Assembly (NCBI GenBank): GCA_031441465.1
Contig: JANOEP010000049.1
Span: forward strand, 1-64,000
Origin: a bacterium
GTDB lineage: Bacteria; Krumholzibacteriota; Krumholzibacteriia; LZORAL124-64-63
Direction of reading: 5' to 3'
Length of the DNA stretch: 64,000 nucleotides
The stretch's first letter is position 1. Each line of letters begins with the position of its first letter. Below are positions 29,603-38,300 of the stretch, one piece after another. A program made the translations under genes and the position numbers. The notes beneath the pieces are model-generated. The model saw only the letters and a list, made by a program, of their open reading frames with translations, had not been told where the DNA came from and did not search any database.

Positions 29603-31173
29603 CCGACCGCCGCCGCCCCCACACCCCGCTGGTCCTGTGCATCCTGGACGGTTTCGGCTGGCGCCGCGGTCCCGGCTCCGAATACGGCAACGCCATCGCG
29701 TTGGCGAAACCGGCGTACTACGAGAGCCTGCTGGGCGAGTACCCGCACACGACGCTGCATTGCCACGGGCTCGAAGTGGGCTTGCCCGAAGGCCAGATGG
29801 GCAACAGTGAGGTGGGGCACCTGACGATCGGCTCCGGCCGCGTCATCGACCAGGACCTCAACCTGGTGACGCGCAGCCTCGCGAGCGGCGCCTTTGCCGA
29901 GCACCCCGTCTGGCGACGTCTCGTTTCGGAACTGAAGGAGCGGGGGGGACGGCTGCACCTGCTGGGCCTGGTTTCCGACGGCGGCGTCCACTCTCACGTC
30001 GAACATCTGAAGGAGATCATCCGGATCGCGGCCGGCCAAGGCGTCGGCGAGATCTTCATCCACGCCTTCCTGGACGGGCGCGACACCGACCCCCACGGCG
30101 GCCTGCAATACGTGCGGGATCTGGAAGCCGAACTGGCCGGGATCGGCCGGGGACGGATCGCCACCGTCGGCGGCCGCTACTACGCCATGGACCGCGACCA
30201 ACGCTGGGACCGGGTCGAGAAGGCCTGGCGTGCGCTGGTCCACGGCGAGGGGGAGAAGGCGTCCGACGCCGCGGCGGCGATCCGGCGTTCCTACGAGGGC
30301 GGGGTCACCGACGAGTTCATGCTCCCGACCGTGATCGTCGATGCGGGCGACGCCCCCCTGGCGACGGTCCGCGACGGCGATGCCGTCTTCTTCTGGAATT
30401 TCCGCTCCGACCGGGCCCGCGAGCTGACCTGGGCGTTCAACGTGGACGGTTTCGACGGCTTCCCGCGGCCGATCCGCCCCGCCGTGGACTACCTGTGCAT
30501 GACGGTCTACGACGAGAGTCTGGGCCTGCCGGTGATGTTCGACCCCGAGGCGCCCCGCGACCTGCTGGCCGACGTCTTCGCCGCGCACGGGGTGACCAAC
30601 CTGCGCACCGCCGAGACCGAGAAGTACGCCCACGTGACCTACTTCTTCAACGGCGGGCGCGAAGAGCCGTTCGCGGGCGAGGACCGGCGGCTCGTCCCCT
30701 CGCCGAAGGTCGCCACCTACGACCTGCAGCCGGAGATGAGCGCACCGGCCGTCGCGGGGATCGTCCTGGAGGCGCTGGCGGCCGGCCGGCATGAAGTGAT
30801 CGTGGTGAACTTCGCCAACGGCGACATGGTGGGCCACACCGGCGTGCTGGAAGCGGCGGTGGCGGCGGTCCGCACCCTCGACGGGTTGCTGGCGCGGATC
30901 GTGCCGGCGGTGCTGGAGCGCGACGGCGTCCTGCTGCTGACCGCCGACCACGGCAACTGCGAGGAGATGATCGCCCCGGACGGGCGCGTCTTGACCAATC
31001 ACACCCTGAACGACGTGCCCTTCGTCGTGGTCGGCCGGGAATTTGCCGGCCGCCGCGGCATCCTGTCGGCACGCGACGACGCCGGTCTGCGGGACATCGC
31101 CCCGACCATGCTCGACCTGCTCGGGCTGCCCCAGCCGGAGGCCATGACCGGCAGGTCTCTGCTGACTACTTGA
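29599..31173 (+). CDS. gpmI: 2,3-bisphosphoglycerate-independent phosphoglycerate mutase
   Basis: 'ILDGFG', 'GQMGNSEVGH', 'SDGGVHSH', 'AETEKYAHVTYFFNGG' and 'TADHGNCE'. Confidence 0.95.
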   Translation: MTDRRRPHTPLVLCILDGFGWRRGPGSEYGNAIALAKPAYYESLLGEYPHTTLHCHGLEVGLPEGQMGNSEVGHLTIGSGRVIDQDLNLVTRSLASGAFAEHPVWRRLVSELKERGGRLHLLGLVSDGGVHSHVEHLKEIIRIAAGQGVGEIFIHAFLDGRDTDPHGGLQYVRDLEAELAGIGRGRIATVGGRYYAMDRDQRWDRVEKAWRALVHGEGEKASDAAAAIRRSYEGGVTDEFMLPTVIVDAGDAPLATVRDGDAVFFWNFRSDRARELTWAFNVDGFDGFPRPIRPAVDYLCMTVYDESLGLPVMFDPEAPRDLLADVFAAHGVTNLRTAETEKYAHVTYFFNGGREEPFAGEDRRLVPSPKVATYDLQPEMSAPAVAGIVLEALAAGRHEVIVVNFANGDMVGHTGVLEAAVAAVRTLDGLLARIVPAVLERDGVLLLTADHGNCEEMIAPDGRVLTNHTLNDVPFVVVGREFAGRRGILSARDDAGLRDIAPTMLDLLGLPQPEAMTGRSLLTT

Positions 31174-31251
31174 TTATGAATAATTAAATTCAACATTATG
31201 AGCCGGTTTCCGGCCCATCGCGCCACATCATATGAAAAAACCGTGAAGTTG

Positions 31252-31280
31252 TAGACAAATCAGAGGCTTCGATGTATCAT
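31252..31280 (+). promoter_or_regulatory. possible sigma70 promoter
   Basis: TAGACA-N17-TATCAT in an AT-rich intergenic region upstream of CDS 31412. Confidence 0.45.
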
Positions 31281-31411
31281 CTTGCGAGCACAGAGTTCGT
31301 GGGCCGCGATCCACTTTCCACGCTTCATAATCCTGAACTTGACGCCTGGATCCGACTCCCACTCGTGCCCTGCGCGGGAAACGTGTGTCCGAAGCAGAGG
31401 AGACAGAAAGC

Positions 31412-33331
31412 ATGAAACGAACGCTCCAGAGCGCCGTGGCGCTCGCCGTTGTCGTGTGCGTGGCGGGGATCGCCGCCGCCCAGACGATCGACGACATCCA
31501 GTACTACAATCCCACGACCGGCGCGCCGGCCAGCCCCTACAACGGCACGACCCAGACCGTCGAGGGCCGGGTCTACGTCGTCAAGGGCACCTACAACGCC
31601 GGCAGCCACTACATCATCGACAACTCCGGCAACGGCATCGCCTTCTTCAACTCGGCGGCGCCCCCGCTGACCTACGGCGACCGCGTCTCGGTCACCGGCA
31701 CGGTGGGCATTTTCCAGGGCGAGATCCAGCTCTCTCCCGCGCCGACGGTGACCTTCCTCGGCGCCGAGGCCGCCCCGGTGCCGGTCGTGATGACGATCGC
31801 CCAGGCCAAGTCCGACTACGAGAACGTGGGCAAGTTCGTCTCGATCGCCGGCACGATCGCGACCCCGGTGGCTTCCAACCAGTTCAGGATGAACGCCGGC
31901 ACCGACACCATCATCGTCTATGTCGACACCGATACCGGCATCAACACCGGCGGCGTCGCGGTGGGCGACAGCTACCGGATCCTCGCCCCGCTGGTCAACT
32001 TCACGGGCGGCATCATGGAGCTGAAGCCCCGTCGCCAGAGCGACCTCATCGAGGGCACGGGCCCGATCATCGACGTGATCAACTGCACCGACTGGACCCC
32101 GCTGGCCAGCGACCCGATCACCGTCACCTCGACGATCACCGACGACGTCGCCGTGACCTCCGCAGCGCTCTACTACCGCGACGACTCCGGCGACAGCACC
32201 GGCGTCTTCCTGAGCGTCGCCATGTCCAACCTCGGCGCCAACGTGTGGTCGGGCACGATCCCCGGCGGCACCCTGGGCCGCCAGGTCGACTTCTACGTCC
32301 GCGCGCTGGACGGCAACGGCAACATCTCGCTGAACCCGGGCGACGCCCCGGCCGGCTGGTACGAGGTCGCGGTGGGCATCACGTCCATCCACGACGTGCA
32401 GTACGTCAACCCCGCGACCACCCCGCAGAACTCGCCGTTCACGGGCCGCGTCGTCAACGTGCAGGGCATCGTCACGGCCGGCACCGGCGACGCCGGTTCG
32501 ACCAGCAAGTTCATCATGCAGGACGGCGCGGGCACCTACAGCGGACTGCTCTGCTACGAGGGGACCGCCGCCAACTTCCTGCTGCCCGGCGACGAGGTCC
32601 AGGTCGGCGGCTACATCGAGGAGTACTTCGGCCTGACCGAGATGAACCCGCACAACGGGACGGCGATCGAGTACATCTCCTTCGAGAACGCCCTGCCCAC
32701 CTACCACCAGGTGCACACCGTCGTGCTGTCCGACGACACGTCGCCCGGCGGTTACCTGGGCGAGGCCTACGAGAGCGTCCTGGTGCGCACGTTCTCCTCG
32801 ACCGTGCTCGACACCCTGGGCTCGGCCGTGTACAGCGAGTTTCTGTGCTCCGACACCGGCGTCCGCGCCGACTCGCTGGTCGTCAACGCCGCCTTCAACA
32901 TGGTGTACAACCCGGTCATCGGCGACCTGGTCACGGCGAAGGGCTTCATGGACTACGCCTTCGGCGAGTTCCAGCTGGTCCCCTTGCGCGACGAGGACAT
33001 CGTGGTCGGCGCCACGGCCGTCGACGACGGCCTGCCCCACGTCCTGCCCGCGGGCGGGTTCTCGAGCGTCATGCCGAACCCGTTCAACCCCAAGACGGAG
33101 ATCCGCTTCGTCCTGACGCGGGACAACCTGACGCAGCTGAACATCTACAACATCCGCGGCGAGCTGGTCTCCACGCTCGTCAACGAGCGCCTCCAGGGCA
33201 GCGGCGAGCGCGTCGTGACCTGGGACGGCACCGACAACGCCGGCCAGCAGGTGGCCAGCGGCACCTACTTCGCCCGTCTGCGCATCGGCGGCGACGTGCT
33301 GCAGGTCCGCAAGCTCATGCTGGTGAAGTAG
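31412..33331 (+). CDS. secreted protein with OB-fold-like repeats, an Ig-like domain and a FlgD/T9SS-like C-terminal domain
   Basis: Signal peptide; repeated 'TI.DIQY...SP..G....V.G.V' and 'GD.V.V.G...E(Y/F)...E' modules; CTD 'PNPFNPKTEIRF...IYNIRGELV...WDGTDNAGQQVASGTYFARL...KLMLVK'. Confidence 0.8.
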   Translation: MKRTLQSAVALAVVVCVAGIAAAQTIDDIQYYNPTTGAPASPYNGTTQTVEGRVYVVKGTYNAGSHYIIDNSGNGIAFFNSAAPPLTYGDRVSVTGTVGIFQGEIQLSPAPTVTFLGAEAAPVPVVMTIAQAKSDYENVGKFVSIAGTIATPVASNQFRMNAGTDTIIVYVDTDTGINTGGVAVGDSYRILAPLVNFTGGIMELKPRRQSDLIEGTGPIIDVINCTDWTPLASDPITVTSTITDDVAVTSAALYYRDDSGDSTGVFLSVAMSNLGANVWSGTIPGGTLGRQVDFYVRALDGNGNISLNPGDAPAGWYEVAVGITSIHDVQYVNPATTPQNSPFTGRVVNVQGIVTAGTGDAGSTSKFIMQDGAGTYSGLLCYEGTAANFLLPGDEVQVGGYIEEYFGLTEMNPHNGTAIEYISFENALPTYHQVHTVVLSDDTSPGGYLGEAYESVLVRTFSSTVLDTLGSAVYSEFLCSDTGVRADSLVVNAAFNMVYNPVIGDLVTAKGFMDYAFGEFQLVPLRDEDIVVGATAVDDGLPHVLPAGGFSSVMPNPFNPKTEIRFVLTRDNLTQLNIYNIRGELVSTLVNERLQGSGERVVTWDGTDNAGQQVASGTYFARLRIGGDVLQVRKLMLVK

Positions 33332-33360
33332 CCGGTTTTCGACTGCTTCGAGGACGCACG

Positions 33361-33390
33361 GAAGCCCCGGCCCCGCGGCCGGGGCTTTCC
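33361..33390 (+). terminator. intrinsic terminator
   Basis: AAGCCCCGGCC-CCGC-GGCCGGGGCTT followed by a pyrimidine tract. Confidence 0.7.
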
Positions 33391-33459
33391 CTTGCTGTTT
33401 CAATCTTCATTGATTAATCTGGAATGACCGATTTCGACACTCCAGCGAGGAAGTGCGAC

Positions 33460-33816
33460 GTGAACGAGTTGATCCGGATCTCCGACGCGGCGGCGGACGC
33501 CTTCGGCGCCCTCGACCTGCCGCCGGACGGCCCGCAAGCCGTCCGCCTCTACTTCCAGGGCTTCGGCTGAGGAGGTCCCGCCGTGGGCATGGCTCTGGAC
33601 GAGCCGAAGGACGACGACAGGACGGTCACGACACAAACCCTGGACTTCATCATGGCGCCCGACGTGGTGTCGGTCGTCGAGCAGGGGGGCGGCATCGTCA
33701 TCGACTACGTCGACGACGGCGTGCGCAAAGGCTACACGCTGAACCTGGCCGACCGCCTCGGCGGTGCCGGCGACGAATGCGGCGGCGGCAGCTGCGGCAG
33801 CGGGGGCTGCGGCTGA
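33460..33816 (+). CDS. HesB/IscA-like selenoprotein (Sec at in-frame TGA 33568-33570)
   Basis: GTG start after GAGG; reads 'VRLYFQGFG-U-GGPAVGMALDEPKDDD...CGGGSCGSGGCG'; candidate SECIS hairpin GGCTC-TGGAC-GAGCC about 20 nt after the TGA. Confidence 0.88.
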
Positions 33817-33844
33817 CCGGAACCTTGAACCTCGATTCAGCAAG

Positions 33845-33868
33845 CGGGGAGGGGCGACCCTCCCCGCC
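33845..33868. terminator. hairpin downstream of the HesB-like gene
   Basis: GCGGGGAGGG-GCGA-CCCTCCCCGC followed by CTT. Confidence 0.6.
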
Positions 33869-33888
33869 TTCGCTCTCAACTACTGATT

Positions 33889-34017
33889 CGGTACAAGCCG
33901 TCGTGACAGGGGTGTCCGGAGGTATCCTGCGCCAGGAGGGCGCAGGATGCCGCAGGCCAAGCGCGCCGGGCACAGGATGTGCCCGGCACGCGTCCCCTGT
34001 CGCGACGGCTTGTACCG
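33889..34017. repeat. structured inverted-repeat element (MITE/REP-like or sRNA)
   Basis: 24-bp terminal inverted repeats (33889-33912 and 33994-34017, one mismatch) enclosing two 10-13-bp hairpins with GGA loops. Confidence 0.75.
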
Positions 34018-34021
34018 TTGT

Positions 34022-34834
34022 TCAGCGGAAGGCTGTGATGTAGGCCACCCAAGCCGGCGAATTGTCGCCCTCGTCTCGGAGCTGGAATTCGCCGTCGGGC
34101 TCGCCGTCCTCGTCGGCGCCCTCCCAGTAGACATCCACCCGCGAGAAGCCGGCCTCCAGCAGGAGGTCGCGGACCTCGGGGATCGACCACAGGCGCCAAC
34201 GGTAGACGAAGGCGTTGGTCAGCTCGCTGCCGTCGGGGAAGCGGAAGTGGATGCGGCAGACGTATTCGTGGGTGATGGGGTTGAAGGCGTCCTGATCCCA
34301 GACGTAGGTGAAGCCCTCGCAGTCGCGCTCTTCGAACTGGAGCACCTGGGCCTCCGACCCGCCGAAGATGTCCAGCATCAGCATGCCTTCGGGGCGAAGC
34401 GAGCGCCGGCAGTTCTCCAGGTAGCCCTTCAGTTCCGCGCGCCCGTGGAAGCACCACCACGAGAAGTTCGTGGCGGCCAGCACGTCCACGGCCGGGCCGG
34501 CGACGTGGCGCACGTCGTCCTGGACCAGCGTGGCGCGCGCGGCGGCGGCGCCCAGCGGTTGCACGTTGTGCTCGCGGCCCCAGTCGAGGGTCGGGCCGTC
34601 GAGGTCCACGCCCAGGGCCGTGTTGTCCGGTCGGTGGCGGATCCAGCAGCAGCCCAGGTTCAGCGTCCCGCAGAAATCCTCGCGCAGGTCGCGCGGGAGG
34701 CGCCCGTAGGCGGCGGCGAAGGCGTGGTCGATGAACTCGACCTCGGCCTCGGGGTTCTGCACGGCGTTCTCGTAGAGCAGGTGGGGATCGGCGGTGGCGG
34801 CGGTCAGCCGCGGACGTCTGGCGGTCCTGGACAA
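34022..34834 (-). CDS. class I SAM-dependent methyltransferase
   Basis: 'LYENAVQNP', 'LREDFCGT', 'GVDLD' and 'YVWDQ'; TTG start after GGAG (the track start at 34861 is also possible). Confidence 0.8.
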   Translation of the reverse strand: MSRTARRPRLTAATADPHLLYENAVQNPEAEVEFIDHAFAAAYGRLPRDLREDFCGTLNLGCCWIRHRPDNTALGVDLDGPTLDWGREHNVQPLGAAAARATLVQDDVRHVAGPAVDVLAATNFSWWCFHGRAELKGYLENCRRSLRPEGMLMLDIFGGSEAQVLQFEERDCEGFTYVWDQDAFNPITHEYVCRIHFRFPDGSELTNAFVYRWRLWSIPEVRDLLLEAGFSRVDVYWEGADEDGEPDGEFQLRDEGDNSPAWVAYITAFR

Positions 34835-35235
34835 GGTGTTATCTCCCGATCGTATGTCCACCTGGGGCGACCCCGCGCGGGTCGCCGGCGCCGGGGAACA
34901 TAATCACACGCGGCGACCACGAACAACCACCAATCGGACGCCGATCCGCACCTCCGCTGCCACGACTGCCCCCGTCGCGTCATCATCGGATCTTGCACGG
35001 TCGGCCCGCCGTCGGTCCGGAAATGCCTGACCCGTGTCGCCCGCCGTCCGATTGCGGAACTCATCCTCAGCGTCGTGGGGAGCCTGCCGGGTTCCGGGCG
35101 GCTAGGCGCGACACCGCCGGCACCCCGGTCTCCCGTGCCAACCCCCCGTCCACGAGCACCTTGCGACCCTCGTGCGGGGCGACTGCAATGCCATGTGCAA
35201 AGGGATGTTACGTAAACAGCGCCTGCCATGACCTG

Positions 35236-35251
35236 TGGCATATCGCTTGCA
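35236..35251 (+). promoter_or_regulatory. sigma54 (-24/-12) promoter
   Basis: TGGCATATCGCTTGCA has exact GG-N10-GC spacing and the TTGC core, about 105 nt upstream of the giant gene. Confidence 0.7.
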
Positions 35252-35356
35252 CCTGGACCCGCTGGCCCGTGCCGCAACGCCGGATCTCCATGTCCGGCTT
35301 TGCATTCTGCACGGCCGTCCGCGACCCGGACGTCCCTGGATCCCTTCCACGGCGGG

Positions 35357-38300
35357 ATGACCATGAACGAGCGCACGCGCAGCAAGTTCGCCATCGCCAA
35401 GTTCGCCACTGTCTTGGCTCTGGGCCTGATGGCCCTGGCCCCGACGGTCGCCCAGGCGTTCGACCACCTCGAGATCACGGTGATCAACCCCGAGATCGTC
35501 GACGGCCGGCCCTCGGTGACCATCTACGAACAGTTCAGCGTGCTCGTGCGGGCGGTGAACGCCGACGGCTCGACCGACACCGCGGCGGACTTCATCCGCG
35601 CCGCGCTGTCCTCGCCGGACGTGGCCGCGAACATGCCGGCGTCGGCCTACCTGCAGAACGGCGAGCGCATCTTCACCGGGATCGACTTCCTGGACGACGG
35701 GCAGCCGGTCCGGATGCGCGTCGCGGACCAGGACGACGGCTCGGTGCCGTTCGCCCAGGTGGAGATCAACTGCTACAACTTCGTTCACCATTTCGAATTC
35801 GGCGTGCCGCCCGGCGACAAGTTCGTCGGCCAGACCGTCGCGCTGACGGTCACCGCCCGCGATCATCTCAACGCGGCCGTCCGCAACTTCGGCGACGACG
35901 TGGTGCTGTCGCCGGCCCTCGGGCACTTCACCGCGGGCCCGTCGCTCACCGTCGGCGGCGGTTCGTTCGTCTTCGGCGTCGCCGCGGTCAACGTGGTCTT
36001 CCAGGGCACCGATCCCGCGACGCAGCAGAACACGGTCAACGCCCTGAACACCGTCGTCTACCCGACGCAGGCCTCGGCCGCGATCGGCAGCGGGCTCGTG
36101 GCGCCCCTCTACCCCGGGACCCTGAACCGCGTCGTGCTGCTGCTGCCGGGCCAGACCCTCACGCCCGGCGTCAGTCCGGGCCGCAGCGGCACGGCCATCG
36201 CACAGATCTCGGGCTTCCCGTTCACCGGCATCGACGTCTACGCGACCGACCAGTACTGGAACCCCGTGGCGGCGGGCCCCTTCCCGACGCTGGCCTGGAG
36301 CGCGAACGACGCGGCGCCCGGCGTGGCGCTACCCGCAGGCGGCCCCATGAGCAGCAACACGGTCCAGGACCAGGCGGCCACCCTGATGACCTCGGGCCTG
36401 CGCCAGATGACCGTCACCGCGTCGGGGGCCATCTCGACCTCGAGTTCGGCGAACGTCCAGGTCAACCCGGCGGGCCTCCACCACTTCTCGTTCGACTACG
36501 CCGTGCTCGACACCAACGTCGTCCAGGCGACCACGACCCCGTTCCAGATCCGGGTGCGCGCCTACGACTCGTTCAACAATCTCTTCCCGTACAACGGGCC
36601 GGTTTCGATGCGGGTGCGCATCGGCGCGAGCGACGAGAGCGCCGACTACCTGATCACGACCAGCAACAACTTCGTCGGCGGCGTGCTGAACGCCTCGATG
36701 CAGGTGACCAAGCGCGCGTTCAGCGCCCGGATCATCGTCGACAGCAACACCGGCGTGGTGACGCTGTCGGGCGACTTCCAGGTGAACGCGGGTCCCATGG
36801 AGAAGGTCCTGTTCACGCTGCCAGGCCAGACCTGGACGCCCGGTCTGAACGACCCGGACTTCGGCGGCAACATCGGCCTGCCCACGCCGATCGTCGCCGG
36901 GCAGATGGTCGAACCCCTGGAGATCCGGGCCGTGGACCGCTACGGGAACCTCGTCTCCGGCGCGCGCACCGTCGCCATCACCTGCCCGACGGGCCACCTG
37001 CTGCTGCTCGACGGCGGGGGCAGCCTGATCGAGAGCGGCGTCATCAGCCTGAACGGGACCGGCGTCTACAGCGCGTTGATGGCGACGTTCGGCGACCAGG
37101 TGCTGCAGGCCGGCGTCGGCGGGCAGGCGGACAGCTTCTCGAGCCCCCTGCACGTCTCGCCGAACACCTACCAGCGGCTGATGGTGATCGCGCCCGGCGA
37201 GACGCTGGACGCCGGCACGATCTACGCGCCCGGCAAGCTCGGCCTCCCGTCCCCGCAGGACGCGGGTGCGCCCTTCAACATCCAGGTCGTCGCCACCGAC
37301 TACTACTTCAACCCGATCGACGCGACGAGCCCGTTCCTGCCGATCCCGCTCAGCTTCACCAGCACCGATCTCCAGGCGACCCTGCCCGCCGGGCCCCAGA
37401 GCCTGCAGACCGGGACCGGCGTCTTCCAGGTCACGCTCAAGACGCTGGCCGACCCCAACCAGCAGCTGGTCACCGCCACCGACCAGGTGCGGTCCTACAC
37501 CGCGTCCGCGCTGATCCCGGTCGAGGCCGGCGTGATCGACCACTTCGAGATCGGCGTCAACAACGGCACCAACCCCGACCCGACCGACAGCCTCGAGTCC
37601 GTGCCCGACCACCAGGCCGGCGCTTGGCTGCCGAACCTCACCGTGATCGCGCGCGACGCCTACGGCAACCACATCCGCGCCTTCACCGACAGCGTCACCC
37701 TGCACCTGAACGTGGACGGCGACGTGCTGGCGCCGGTGCGCATCAGCCTCGCCGACGGCTACGGCAGCGGCACCTACCAGGGCGTGTGGCGCGGCAGCCT
37801 GCGCATCACGCGCGCCGGCTCGGGGGTCACCGTGTCGGCCTTGGACGACATCTACGGCCGCTCGGGCGTGAGTAACGCCTTCACCGTCTTCCCGGGCGCC
37901 TACGTCGGCTTGCAGGTCCTGCTGCCGGGCGAGACGGCCACACCGGGCGAAGCGCCCGGCAAGTTCGGCACCCCGTTGCCGGTGGTGGCCGGAGAAGAAG
38001 TGACCGCCGCGGTGTCCGCCCTGGACGCCTGGTGGAACCCGACGCCCGCCGGCCCCATCGTCAGGGTGTCGAGCAGCGGCTATGCAGACCTGATCTCGGC
38101 CAACGACGTGCCGCTGGATCCCGACGGCACGTCGGACTTCGCGCTGTCCTTCCGCACGGCGACGGCGCAGACGCTGCGCGCGCGGGACCTCGCGGTGTCC
38201 GCCCGCCGCGATTCCTGCCTCGCGACGGTGACCCCGGACGCGTTCTACCGCCTCCAGGCGATCGCGCCGGGAGAGACGCCGAATCCGGGCGGCCCCGAGG

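Noticed and set aside
33568..33570. In-frame TGA as evidence of a pseudogene or genetic code 4/25
   Set aside because: TGA is a normal stop in many genes here. This one falls exactly at the family's Cys/Sec position and has a SECIS-like hairpin.
33814..33816. Terminal TGA of the HesB-like gene as a second selenocysteine
   Set aside because: The protein already ends in the typical Cys/Gly-rich tail, and a terminator-like hairpin follows closely.
33889..34017. tRNA or tRNA-Sec next to the selenoprotein gene
   Set aside because: No T-loop GTTC, D-loop or CCA features, and the stems are far too long.
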